Positions 23,585-36,434 of a DNA stretch of 64,000 nt are shown one piece after another. The notes under the pieces were generated by a model. It saw only the letters and a program-made list of their open reading frames with translations. It made no database searches and had not been told where the DNA came from. How positions within the stretch are numbered: position 1 is the first letter of the stretch; every line of letters starts with the position of its first letter. The DNA lies in contig NC_068988.1 in NCBI RefSeq assembly GCF_001194135.2, positions 84,071,360-84,135,359 of the forward strand. Reading direction: 5' to 3'. Source of the stretch: Octopus bimaculoides (lineage: Eukaryota). The position numbers and the translations under genes were made by a program.

Positions 23585-24480
23585 ACTGAATGATTTCAAG
23601 TTTGCACTTCTTACTGCTGTTTATGTAAGGTCTGCTTTTCTCCAGTAATCTCCACTTTTTGTTATATTGTGTAGCATTTTCTTTCCGTAGTCGCAGGTTA
23701 AGAGCCCTTCCATTGTACCCACATATCTCTCTAATTGTGTCACCCACCAGGATACTCTGATGCTACTGCAGCTACATACACGACCAGCCTTTGTGTTACA
23801 TTGTCCATTTGGTGAGAATGTGACATTACCTCTGCTTCTGTGTTTGGTTTGCGTGTATTTACTTTATGCTGGATGCACAGCTAAAGGAAGCCCTCAAAGA
23901 GTGCTTATTAAAAATTTTCCATTATTTATGTGCCTGTGGAAAATACTTATCTACTAATGTAAGGAGAATCCTACTTGGACAGGTCCTAATGCTAACAGGA
24001 AATGGGGGTACAAAGCATATAAAATTATGATGGTGCTTTCCCTGAGTGGGGCTAGGGTTGGGCATATTACTAATGCTATGTTTGAAACTGCAAGCAGCCA
24101 CATATACATACATACATTCACACACAATACATACATAGATAAACACACACAAACATGCACAAATATGTACACATATACACACACACACACATAATTACTC
24201 TCAGATTCCCAAACATCCTTGTTTATTCTCTTGCATCAGAAATATCTACTGCAACAGTTTGGCATTTAAAGGTCCACAATTGTATAACTGCCTTCCAAAA
24301 AGGGTAAGGAACATAACTAAAAGTTTCCTCTGAGACTTTTAAAGGATGCTTTGATACAATTTTGTCCTTTGTCCCACATCAAATATATGTAAAAGGTTAT
24401 CTCCACATTAGAACGACATCCACCGTATCGCTGATACAGCAATTTCTGATGGTAACTAAACATTAATAGAACAGAAAGAA
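23585..24480 (-). mobile_element. Penelope-like element remnant (linker and GIY-YIG region)
   Basis: ICFVPPFPVSIRT..LLTLVDKYFPQAHK*WKIFNKHSLRASFSC corresponds to Penelope WFNPP..L.DKHFP..KIFNR..K.SYSC; interrupted by a microsatellite. Confidence 0.7.
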
Positions 24481-24784
24481 AAATATAGAAGATTCAGATA
24501 TACAGCAGTGATGACATTAAAGTTAGTGTTCCTGCCTTAGTTGAGATGGTGAGGTGTACTAATGAACAACACTGAAACCATCATCATCATTGTTGTTACC
24601 ATTATCATTTTCTCATCATGATAGTGGCAATAATAATGATAACCACTGTCATCATCATTTCGCATATACTTTTCCAAACTGGCATGACTGAATGACTCTC
24701 TCAGTGTCTTATAACTCAGTACAATCTTTTGACATATGGCACAAAGAACATCTCTCTTGTGTCTGACATTTCTTCGCCATCTTT

Positions 24785-25290
24785 TGTCTTTTATCTTTTA
24801 CTTGTTTCAGTCATTTGATTGAAGCCATGTTGGGGCACTACTTTGAAGAAATTTTAGTCGAATGACTCAACCCCAGTACTTTTTTTTTAAACCTCATACT
24901 TATTTCGTAAAAGCACCCACTACACTCTCTGAGTGGTTGGCTTTAGGAAGGGCATCCAGCTGTAGAAACTCTGCCAAATCAGATTGGAGCCTGGTGTAGC
25001 CATCTGGTTTCACCAGTCCTCAGTCAAATCGTCCAACCCATGCTAGCATGGAAGGCGGACGTTAAACGATGATGATGATGATGATGATGTTTTGCCAAAC
25101 AACTAAGTTACATTAATACAACACTAGTTGTCATGCAGTGGTGGGAGACACATACACGTTTATATGACAGGCTTCCTTCGGTTTCCTTCTAAGCCACTCA
25201 CAAGGCTTTGGTCAGCCTGAGACTATAGTTGAAGACACTTGCCCAAGGTATCACACAATGGGACTGAACCCTGAACCATTTGGTTGGAAA
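24785..25290 (-). mobile_element. SINE family B interrupted by an RTE 3' end
   Basis: SINE B sequence stops near 24903 and resumes near 25090. Confidence 0.7.
24905..25090 (+). mobile_element. RTE LINE 3' end, young
   Basis: Near-identical to 1400-1580; (GAT)n tail. Confidence 0.85.
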
Positions 25291-27169
25291 GCAAACTTCC
25301 TTTTTTTTCAGTTGAATGTCCTTCCTGTCACCAACCACTTTACAATAAAGACTGAGTGCAACAGAACCCGAGAGTCCTTTCTACTCTGTCTTTCTTTTCT
25401 TTTTTATTTCCATTCCGTGCACAACCGTCTACTGGCTATCCTTGGACAGTTCCAGCAGCATATCAGTCTTTCTAGGAGAAGTTGCAAATCTCTTGCTCAA
25501 CCATTGTCCATGCTGGTATAAGGAATGCTTACACTATGCTGGTATAAGGGATGTGAGTGCCTCCACCACCACCATCAATCAGCAAAACATAATTGATTCC
25601 AAGAAATAGAAAGATAAGACTTAACTTTGGTATTGGACTAATATTTTATTTATGAACCACAAAAGGATGAAAGATAAAGTTGACCTCAGCAGGGCTGATT
25701 TCAGAATATCGAAAGCTAGAATATTTTAGATTATCATTAATCTTTTAGCTTCTCAATACCACTATGATTTCAATTGATTTAAAATAATTTTTGCTATCTT
25801 ACTGAAGGATACTAGTGTGTATATTCTTCACATAAATTGTGCCCCCTTTTTTTTAATATTTTAGTTGGGAAGAAATGTAATACTTCTTGCCTTCTGCAGG
25901 GCATCTAAAACTGATGAGAGAAAGGAGTTTTCTTTAAATTGGAGACCAGGTTTTAATGGTTTCAACAGTGGACTGTATTTTAAATGTAAACTTCAGTTAA
26001 TCAGCAAGTACTTATCAATGATAATGGTGATCATTTTTCACATTAACCCACAATGACAAATTTGCACTAGATAGCGTAGTCAATTGAATCATCAGCCTTA
26101 GGAGGATGAATAAAAGCCAATCCTGGTAGGATTTGAACTCAAAATGAAGGAGATTGAAACCAAATATTTCAAGGCAATCCAGTGCTTCACTGTTTGTGTG
26201 ATTCTACACAAAGAAACACATATAAAAATATCATCATCACTGACATCTGGCAGATACACAAAAATAAAAAACAAACAAACAAACAAACAAAAAACTAATA
26301 TATTCTTTTCATCACATTAGGTAGGTTTAACTAAAAGGTAGGTTTGGAATGTGGATGCAAGCAGATTCAAAGACCCTGTCTTTGGTGATGCAAAGTGCTA
26401 ATAATAACAATAATGATACATAGATTTTGGCAAAGGGCCACAAATGAAAGGGAAAGAATGCAGGTACACAACCTGCAAGTAATCCAACCTAGCAGATTGC
26501 AATGGAGCTTTCTGGTCCCTTGCCAAAAGGATCTCCACCAAACCAGATGGTTCAGTTGGTAAGCACACCCACATAACAAATAGCAGTTGAGTATATCAGT
26601 CCCCAGCACATAAGTGTTATTTATCAACCCTAGAATGATGACTGGCATAGTGAATGAAACCTAACAGGATTTGATCCCAGATTTAAATACTGTAACTTTT
26701 TTTAAACTAATACTCATAATCAATAATGATTCCTAACACAGATACAAGGCAATGATATTGGCGAGTGATGGTATAAGCGATTATATTGTCCTCGGAACTT
26801 AACTCATTCTTGTCTTATTAAATCTCAGAATAATCAAAGAAAAATCAACCTTGGTAGGCTTTAAATTGCACATGTAGCAAGGAATATAAATGCTGCAAGC
26901 CAATGAAGGTGGGGGAAGGGGTTTACATACAAGAAATAGTAGCCAAATTCATTCCCAAACCATACCTCACCATCTTAAAAAAAATTATAGAACACACTAT
27001 ATAGTGTAGTCCTAGATACATTGTCTGAAAATAAGATGGGGTGGTCATTGGTGGAATGCTTCAAATCATAGAGCTGTTTGATCAAAGCCAATCTTGGGCA
27101 AAACTATAACTGCAAGGTAATTTTGTCTGTTTTTTTTATCAAGTCTGCTATCTCAAAACCCAATAACTT

Positions 27170-27400
27170 TTAAGAAATAGCAAGGAAAAGGGTGGTGGAT
27201 TAGCAGCAGAATCCTTATGCAAATCCATAGCAGAATCCTTTGATAAAATGCCTTGTTCTATTTAGTTAGGGCTCTTTACGTTCTGAGTTCAAATTCTGCC
27301 TTTCATATTCTGAAGGTTAATAACCCCCCCCCCACAGGTAGTGGGTCGATTTAATTGACTATATACTCTCCATTCCAAATTTATGGCCTTGTGTTTCGCT
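27170..27400 (+). mobile_element. SINE family C, degenerate
   Basis: GTTCTGAGTTCAAATTC B-box-like motif and body similarity. Confidence 0.55.
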
Positions 27401-27709
27401 TTTTTTCTCTTTCTTCTTCATTCATCTGTGTATAGCAGATGTCGTACTTTATTTACCTCTATATTGACTCTGAGACAGCAGGCATGATCAAAGCCTTTCC
27501 AGATGTGACTATTCAGGTTATTTCTGTCCATACATTGTGAGTCTTGGACTACATTATCCTATGTGAATTATCTGTTTAAGATGGTTGTGAAATAATATGA
27601 GAAAGATTTGACAACTAATTCTCTAGCACACTGGCTTGTATAAATCCTCTTGTTTATGTTACTTTCACTATTGTTTTTAAAACCTTGAATTTTATCTTCA
27701 TTATTCAAA

Positions 27710-27950
27710 ATTCTGATGTGGCAGAATTGTTGGCACACCAGACAAAATGTTTAGCAGCATTTTGTCCGTCTTTATGTTCTGAGTTCAAATTCCATCTAGA
27801 TCCACTTGGCCTTTCATCCTTTTGGGGTCGATAAAATAAGTACCAGCTGAGCTCTGACGTTGATGTAATCAACTTACCCCTCCTCTGAAATTCTTGGCCT
27901 TGTGCCAAAATTTAAAACCAAGATCTCTTAATTATTATTATTATTATTAT
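27710..27950 (+). mobile_element. SINE family C
   Basis: GGCAGAATT..GAGTTCAAATTCC..TTTCATCCTTTTGGGGTCGATAAAATAAGTACCAG..(ATT)n. Confidence 0.75.
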
Positions 27951-28199
27951 TTTTACTAAACAGTTTGAACGATTATAAAAGATTTAAGTTATAAGACAAC
28001 GAAGAAGTTCGACTTGCTAGACACATCAGCCAAACCTCTTTTAAACCTATCTTAAATAAAGTCCACATCAGAAAATGAAGTGGTCCAGATATACAAAAAG
28101 TTGGGATTATCATACTTAGAACAATCATCAAAAGTCTTAGGGCTGTCTTGTTAAACGAAAACATTTTAAACTATTAGAGGAATTATCTCTGTAGTAAGC

Positions 28200-29892
28200 C
28201 GACATACTAGAAGTATCTAATAGATCTCTCTCAAATCACACCCTACATAACTAAGGACGCATTGAATAATTAAGACAGCATGGTCACGGTTGGAATGATT
28301 TTGAACTGGCTTCTAGTCAGTCAAGGTCAATCTCCTAGGGCTAAACAACAACGATTACATTTTATGCGTGTTTTTGTTTTTTCTTGATGTTATTTATAAA
28401 GCCGAAAGTTTCCTGTAATAATCTGCTACACACTGTCCTATATTATTAATAACAAACTTCGCTTAAATGTCAAATACTCTTCACTGCTCTGATGATTATG
28501 TAGGGCTACAGAGAATAACAATAATACAATCATTTGTACTTTTATCGACTCCTACCTCAGTACGATTTGAACTCAGAATATAAAGATACTTAACAAAATA
28601 TAACAAAGCACAAGGCTGTTAATTTAAGAAAATTGGTGTAGTTTATTCTAAGTAATCAACATATTTTAACATATTTATTTTATCGACTTGGTAGATTGTC
28701 AGTAAAATACATACAATACATCGCCTTGATTTGAACACACATTACGTCAAGAACGTCACTATAGATTACAAGACAATTTCGTACGGTGCCCTACCGATTC
28801 AGCCATGGTTAGTCATAAATTTATGCTTTCAACCGGCTTCAATGAGAGGAAACCTCTTGGGTTGAAAGCAAATTTTATCGGCATGTTTGTTACTGCCGCC
28901 GCTGTTGTTGTTAGCGGTTTCTATGAAATACACACACACACACACAGATGAAATCACTCATTGTAATCACTATGGGTAGCTAGTAAAATTAAGTAGAAGG
29001 TTTTAACGATACCTCGAGAATGCCTGGAACCTACAAATTTTGTTTAAACAGCCACTTGATAACATTTACTGTGATTTTTATAAGCAGCTTAAGCCGAATG
29101 TGTGTGTGGGTGTGGGTGTTATAAACATTAAAAACAGCAGATACATTAACTGAAATTAATTAAAAGTAGTCAAATGAAAAAGAACCTGCAATCAGTCATT
29201 CTGTAATAAATAAATAGATAGACAGATGGATGGATACATACATACATACATACATACATACACACATATATTTTACCCCAGTGTCACTTTGATGGCATGC
29301 ACTGCTCTCTCACTCAATAATCATACATACATACATACATGTGTGAGTGAGTTTGTAATGAACTCGTGTGATTTGTGGTGCGGTATAGTACAATGTTGTT
29401 GTTTAGCCGGGACCTGAACGAGTAGACTTATAATCATGGGGTTTCCAGACGTGATCATCCTCTTCTTTCATAATTAGTGTATCTAGAACAGCATTATGCA
29501 ATGTCTTTTTTTTCTCCCTCTTAAAAGATGTAAAATTTGATTTCGGTGACATTTTGCAATTTGTTTTTCCTAGCAGGATCGAGCGATCACATGGAGTTTC
29601 CGCAATTCTATATAGATAGATCGATGAATCGATTAAGATTATTGATATAAAACTGTATAAAATATTACAGACCAGGAACTACCTGCAAACATTATGTAAC
29701 ACCTACACACACACGAACGTATGTATGTATGTATGCATGTATGTGCACCCAGAGACACAGCTCATACATATACATGATACATAAAATATCATATATCAGG
29801 AATAAGCTACAGGAGTTATTGAAACACAAGTGTCGACAAATATTTGCAAGAGATTCTCTACTCTCGGAATGTTTAGGGCAAAGAACTGTAGT

Positions 29893-29930
<38 letters not shown>

Positions 29931-30603
29931 CATGCGCGTGTGTTTAATAAAGGTGTGAAGTAGTATAACGAGGTATGTTGTGTAATGTGTAGGTCGAAGT
30001 GTGTTAGCAGAACAATATACAGAAAGTGTGGGAGTGAAGAGCAGCTATACATACATACATTCGGCTGTTAGTCGGAGTTTCACAAGTACTCGATGTGTCA
30101 GACGACAAGTACTTTTCTGTAATGCTCCGAGTAGCGGCATAATATATCAGCTGAGTAAATACTCTACACATTTGAAACACACACACACACACATGTATGT
30201 ATGTATGTGTGTGTGTAAGAATAAATGAGTATGATTGCATATAGTAGAGTGAAATAAACGCGGGTAACAGTACACATGTGTAAAGTGTAGTACTTGGAAT
30301 GGTTCCAATATTTTCATACTTCAAGTTATATATTATAAATTTATGCTTTAAGGAGTCAAATCCTTACTTGTTCCACTGTGTGTGTGTGTGTGTGTGTGTA
30401 AAACCTATGAGTGTATGTTTGGTAAAATTTTAATCCTTCGCACTGGTATCATGTCAGCTACATGGGACATTCCCGGTCTATTGGATGGTCTTTTTCCTTG
30501 TTTAAAAAAATAATTCTCTTCGTCATTTAGAAACATTTATACATATAAAAAAAAATTCATTCATTCAAATTGTATTCACTTATCCACACGATACACCGCA
30601 ACA

Positions 30604-30695
<92 letters not shown>

Positions 30696-30744
30696 NNNNN
30701 NNNNNATATATACATATGTATGTATGTGTGTGTGTATATATGTA

Positions 30745-30786
<42 letters not shown>

Positions 30787-32200
30787 TATATAGCCATCAG
30801 TGAAGTCTCTGTCTTATAAGTATGATCAGATCAAGAGTATCTTACGACTGAGTTACATTTCTAAGCGGGGAGATGAATCATAGTCACTGACTCCATGTAT
30901 TCCGATTACTGCACTTCCAGCTTCCTACTCACAATACTTTCCAAGTAATCCAATTAGTCACTTAACCCCAAAGCTTCATCCATTCAGACACGACATCTAC
31001 TTTACAATACTTTTGTACTTACATCACCTTCGTTATTATCTGCTTGCTTTTTTTTTTTCCTTTCTTTTTCTGTATATGTCAATCTTCTTCACTACTGTAC
31101 ATGTTTGCATATATGTTTGCCTGTGTGTATATAAATATTTATATGCATGTATATATAGCAGTATGTATTTTCGTGTACATGTGTGTTTCTATTTTTCTAC
31201 ATTGACGGCTTCTGTAATGGGATCCCAGCAGTGTATTGGAAACGACAGTGACGTGAACTCGATCCCCAAAGGTAAGCTCTAAGCAAGGTCAGACAGCACA
31301 AGGCAGACGAACCGGTGTTCAATTAAAATACGCTATGCATTCTTTAAATTCCACACAATCTTCCTGATGAAGATAATACAATACTAAATTTTTAGGGCTG
31401 ATTTTGTAATTTTATTTTAGGTTTTTTTTTTGTATTGTTTTTTGAAAGGGCACTATATAAATACATATCTAGTTTCTTTCTTTTAAGGGAAACGATTCGT
31501 GAGAAGATGTGTCGTTTATGCTTTTTCCAGCGGAGGTGAGATATTGAATCGGGTTTCGTCTGTCGTTTTGACAAGATATTGTATATGTCTACTTTCATTC
31601 TTTTAATCGAAATTGTAATTGAGGTGTGACGCATGTCTTTTCTGATGGTATTACCAGCACAAATAAAGTAAGTGGTTGGTGACTTCCAACTGTCAAATGG
31701 AATGAGTTTCTTTCAATCATATTCGCTGGGTGTTAACATCAACGCTCCCTAGAGAATAAATTATTATGCTTATTTGAACAAACCAAAAACAAGAACCGAA
31801 ATTAATTTGTGTACAATTATAGTATATAATTCCAGTTAAGAGGACTGTACTTGCCAAATTTTACTTCCGCGTGTTACTTTGTATACAAACAACAAAGACA
31901 ACTGTATCTGTCAAGGAATTTATTACTACTCCATATAGTATCTATTTGCAAGTAGGTGGAATGTACTTCTACATGGTACCTATCTACATCTAACGATACC
32001 GGCATCTCTACATGGTATCCATTTCAAGTTAAGTGAATTGTACCTTTCTAGGCTATCTTTTAGCAGCTAGTGTACTGTACATCCCAAGGACATATCGTGT
32101 TCACCGCTAAGTGCACAATGTTATTATACAAAGAAAGAACTGCGGGAAAATATCCAGAGTACCTTTAGAGAACATACTATACCATACATGATGTAAGAAG
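28200..32200. promoter_or_regulatory. CpG-retaining island, putative promoter region
   Basis: Hand count: 10 CpG in 28741-28920 versus 0 in 17521-18180. No core promoter motif proven. Confidence 0.4.
31217..31271 (+). CDS. candidate first coding exon MGSQQCIGNDSDVNSIPK/G
   Basis: ATG at 31217, open frame, strong donor AAAG/gtaagc, inside the CpG-retaining region. Downstream exons uncertain. Confidence 0.35.
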
Positions 32201-32365
32201 AAAAAAATTTAAATTAGTTACCATTACATCTTTAGTGAAGACAGTGTTCTTTAACCTACATGACTAATTATGGTTAGAAAAAATAGGGAAGACAACCCAG
32301 AAATTTTAATTAATTAAAGCTAATTAGATAGGCAATGCAATGGGAATGAATTTAATCTTTGTCAA

Positions 32366-32417
32366 CTTTGTGACAACTCTGGACAGGTTTCAACCGTTTT
32401 AGGCCTCATCAGCAAAG
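32366..32417 (-). ncRNA. decayed type I hammerhead-ribozyme-like motif
   Basis: Reverse complement CTTTG-CTGATGA-GGCC taaaac GGTT-GAAA-C..G-TC-A-CAAAG. Confidence 0.5.
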
Positions 32418-32571
32418 CCTCATCTAATTGTTACTGCAGATCTTAAATGACTACAGAACACAAAGTGACATTGGGGGATTAAAACCCAGAGATGACTGCT
32501 GTATAAAGACACTAATATAACTCTTATAGCAAACCAAGAAATTTTAATGAACTGAAGTTATACGCTTAATT

Positions 32572-32794
32572 GTAGGTGCAGTGGTGACTGTGTGGTAAGA
32601 AGTTTGCTTCCCAACCACATGGCTCTAGATTCAGTCCCACTGCATGACAATTTGGACAAGTGTCATCTACAACTCTGGCTTGACCAAAAGTGGATTTGTG
32701 AGTGGATTTGGTTGATGGAAACTGAAAGAAGCCCCTCACGTGTATGTGTGTGTGCACGTGTGTATGTGTGTATATATATATATGTATGTGTGTG

Positions 32795-32828
<34 letters not shown>

Positions 32829-33085
32829 CATACATATATATGTATGTGTGTGTGTGTGTGTGTGTGCCTTTGTGTCTGTGTTTGTCTTTCACCATCGTTT
32901 GACGACTGGTGTTGGTGTGTTATGTCCTCCATAACTTAGCGGATCAGCAAAAAAGACCAAGGGAATAAGTAAATACCAGGCTTAAAAAGAATAAGTAGCA
33001 GGGTTGATTCATTTGACTAAAATTCTTCAAAGTGGTGCCCCAGCATGGCCACAGTCTTATGGCTGAATCATGTAAAAGATAACAG
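32572..33085 (+). mobile_element. SINE family B, full length
   Basis: Head, expanded central microsatellite, 3' end. Confidence 0.8.
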
Positions 33086-33658
33086 ATAAGAACTAGAATA
33101 CCTGGCATTGCTCAGGAAATAAGTACAATGTTCGAGGTCAACTTTTTAATGGAAATCATGGTAGTTCTGTATTTATTATTTTGAAAAATGAATCATAATC
33201 ATTTAAATGTTCACTTTTCCATGCTTGTATGCTCAAATTGAATTCTCTGATGCAGACTTTTTACAGCCAGCTACCCTTCCTGTCACTAATTTTCCCCTGC
33301 TTCTAAGCAAGGTCATTTTACCCCACAGCCAGACCTACTTTTCACAGAAAACTAGAAACAAGCAACATTCTTTGTATAACAGTAATGCTCATTTGCAACC
33401 ATCTCATGACGTCACCAAAAGGAAAACAAAAACTACTGTTACCAAAAAAAAAAAAAAAAAAATCAGGCCTCACATTGGTGATCACTTTGAAAAGTGGAAA
33501 TGCAAGGCTTGAAATGCTCTTTGGTCTTACCTACAGCAAGGCAGCCTGTCTAATGCTGATGCCTCAATAAAATGCACACAAAAGTACTCTGTAAAGCAGT
33601 TGGTGTTAGGAAGGACATCCAGCCGCAGAAACCATATCAAAATGAGATATTGGAGGAT

Positions 33659-33756
33659 GAATGTAGTGAAATCATCCTAGCCATGTTATTTTGAATGTAG
33701 TGAAATCATCCTAGCCATGTTATTTTGAATGTAGTGAAATCATCCTAGCCATGTTA
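33659..33756 (+). repeat. 34-bp tandem repeat, ~2.9 identical copies
   Basis: Unit GAATGTAGTGAAATCATCCTAGCCATGTTATTTT, inside an old RTE-like tail. Confidence 0.95.
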
Positions 33757-35519
33757 ACATGGAAAGTGGACATAACAATGATGATGCTGATGAGCCTAAA
33801 ATTATTGAACATATGACATTTTAGTGCTTCTTTGTTTTCAGGACACCATGCAAGAGAAAGTTTGTCAAATTAGATGATTTTGGGGTCAATAAATGAATGT
33901 TTTTTCCTCACAAAATGAAACTATTAATGAATGATATTAACAAACAGTAGGATGCCAGCTAGATATAAAGCATCCATTATGAAGTTATCATTATTTAACA
34001 TGGATTCAGTAAATGTTTTAACTAAATTCCTAAAATGAGCAAAATATGGCTGATAACTACTCAAGTATATTGAATATTAACAGAAGAGAATTAGAACAGT
34101 TAACAACAAATAAACAGGACACATAATTTTTTGCAAAGTTATGGCCTTTTTCATCACATTTGACTTTGTCCTGGTTATGGCAAGTTGTAAAGCTTTGTGA
34201 AGACCCATATTATGCCAATGGTTACCAGAAAAGTTTGTTGCCAGAAATTATCATGGTGAATGCATTATTCCAATAAAAACTCTGTTATGCTAGTCATTGA
34301 GCTTATGTTATTATCAAGCACAATGATAGGCATTGAAAACGAAAAAATAAAACACACAAAACACTTTCAGTTATTCTCTATAAAAAAAAATTTTTTGGCA
34401 AAGAAAAAATATTTTTCAGTTTTCCATCAGAAAAGCACTTACTTTTGACACGGTAAATACATTCACTTCACTTATACAAGACCAGGACATGAAGAAGCTA
34501 TGACCTTTCTTATTAACATTAAAATTGGGGATGGGGGGGGGAGAAATCATTTCAAAGATTTTGAAAGAAAAAAAAATCAACAAAAATCTATTGGTATTCT
34601 CCTCCTCTTCCTCATCATCATCATCATTGGTGGCAGCAGCAGCATTTTAACATCTACTTTTCCATGCTTGCATGAGTCAGATGGGATTATGTTACAGCAG
34701 TGTTTTCTACAGTCAGATGCCCTACCTGACACCAGCCCTCACCTGTTTCCAAGTTAAGTGATAATAATTCCCCAGTCTATTGAACAAAGAACATTCTTGA
34801 TGTAGTTACAGAGAGAACTAGGAAAAAATCAACACTGTCTTTTTTATAGCACACATGCACACATGCATGCATGCACACACACACACACGCATGCACACAC
34901 CTATATATGTCAACATTAGTATTTTACTGTTCACTTTTCCACACTTGCATGAATCACACAGAATTCATTGAGGCAGAGTTTCTATGGCTGGATGCTCTTT
35001 CTGTCACTAATCCTCATCTATTTCCAAGTATGTTTCCCCATGGCTGGACATGCTTCCACAGAAAATTAGAAATGACGGATGCTTATGTGATGGTGTCACT
35101 CATTGTTTGATGTCAGGACAAGGAAATGCACACTAACACACACANNNNNNNNNNNNNNNNNNNNNNNNNNNNNNNNNNNNNNNNNNNNNNNNNNNNNNNN
35201 NNNNNNNNNNNNNNNNNNNNNNNNNNNNNNNNNNNNNNNNNNNNNNNNNNNNNNNNNNNNNNNNNNNNNNNNNNNNNNNNNNNNNNNNNNNNNNNNNCTT
35301 TAAGAAACAAAATTGACATCTTGAAATGTCATTAGTTACTTGTTCATCACTGACCATTCCCCCACAAAATATATATTCTCCCTTTCTGCTTTCATTTCTG
35401 TCCTCCCTGTCTTCCTCCCTCTCCCTCTCTCTCTCTCCCTCTCTCCCTCTCCTCTCTTCCTTCCTCTTTTCTCTTTCACCTCTCCCCCTCTCCATTTGTA
35501 TAAAAGCCAAGAAACTTTC

Positions 35520-35736
35520 TTTCATTCTTTTACTTGCTTCAGTCATTTGACTGCGGCCATGCTGGAGCACCACCTTTAGTTGAACAAATCAACCCCAGGA
35601 CTTATTCTTTGTAAGCCTAGTACTTATTCTATCGGTCTCTTTTGCTAAACCACTAAGTTACAGGGATGTAAATACACCAACATTGGTTGTCAAGCAATGG
35701 TGTGTGTGAGTGAGTGGGGCGACAAACACAGACACA

Positions 35737-35772
<36 letters not shown>

Positions 35773-35950
35773 AATATATATATACAACAAACTTCTTTCA
35801 GTTTCCGGCTACCAAATCCACTCACAAGGCTTTGATTGGCCTGAGGCTTTAGTAGAAGACACTTGCCCAAGGTGCCACACAGTGGGACTGAACCCAGAAC
35901 CATGAGGAGGTTGGTAAACAAGCTACTTACCGCACAGCCACTCCTGCACC
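35520..35950 (-). mobile_element. SINE family B, full length
   Basis: Matches 14112-14493. Confidence 0.85.
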
Positions 35951-36099
35951 TATAAAATTCTCTAAAATTTATTTTGAAAAATTTTCATGAATGGATGAAA
36001 GCGTTTATAAAGAATGATCCAAAATTGACTGCCTGCCTCCTTTTTCCTAATATACAATATCTGTACATCACTTCAAACATTCTCCACACACACACACAC

Positions 36100-36410
36100 A
36101 CACACATCTTTTACTTGTTTCAACCATTGGACTATGGCCATACTGGGGCAGTACCTATTTTCAAACCTGTTACTTATTCTATCGTCTTCTTTTTGTCAAA
36201 CTGCTCAGTTACAATGATGTAAACAAACCAACACTGGTTGTAAAGCAATGATGGAGGACGAAAGTAAGAACACAAAAACACACACACATAGATACATATA
36301 TGTATGATGGGTTTCTCTCAGTTTCCATCCACCAGATGCACTCACAAGGCTTTGGTCAGCCCAGCGCTATAGTAGAAGACACTTGCCCAAGTTTCACATA
36401 GGGGGACTGA
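36100..36410 (-). mobile_element. SINE family B, degenerate
   Basis: Similarity to 35520-35950. Confidence 0.65.
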
Positions 36411-36434
36411 GCTTCGTAACCGTTAGAAAATATA

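Noticed and set aside
27973-28164. Hydrophobic ORF resembling a GPCR transmembrane helix
   Set aside because: Weak splice sites, no other receptor segments; AT-rich DNA readily yields hydrophobic frames.
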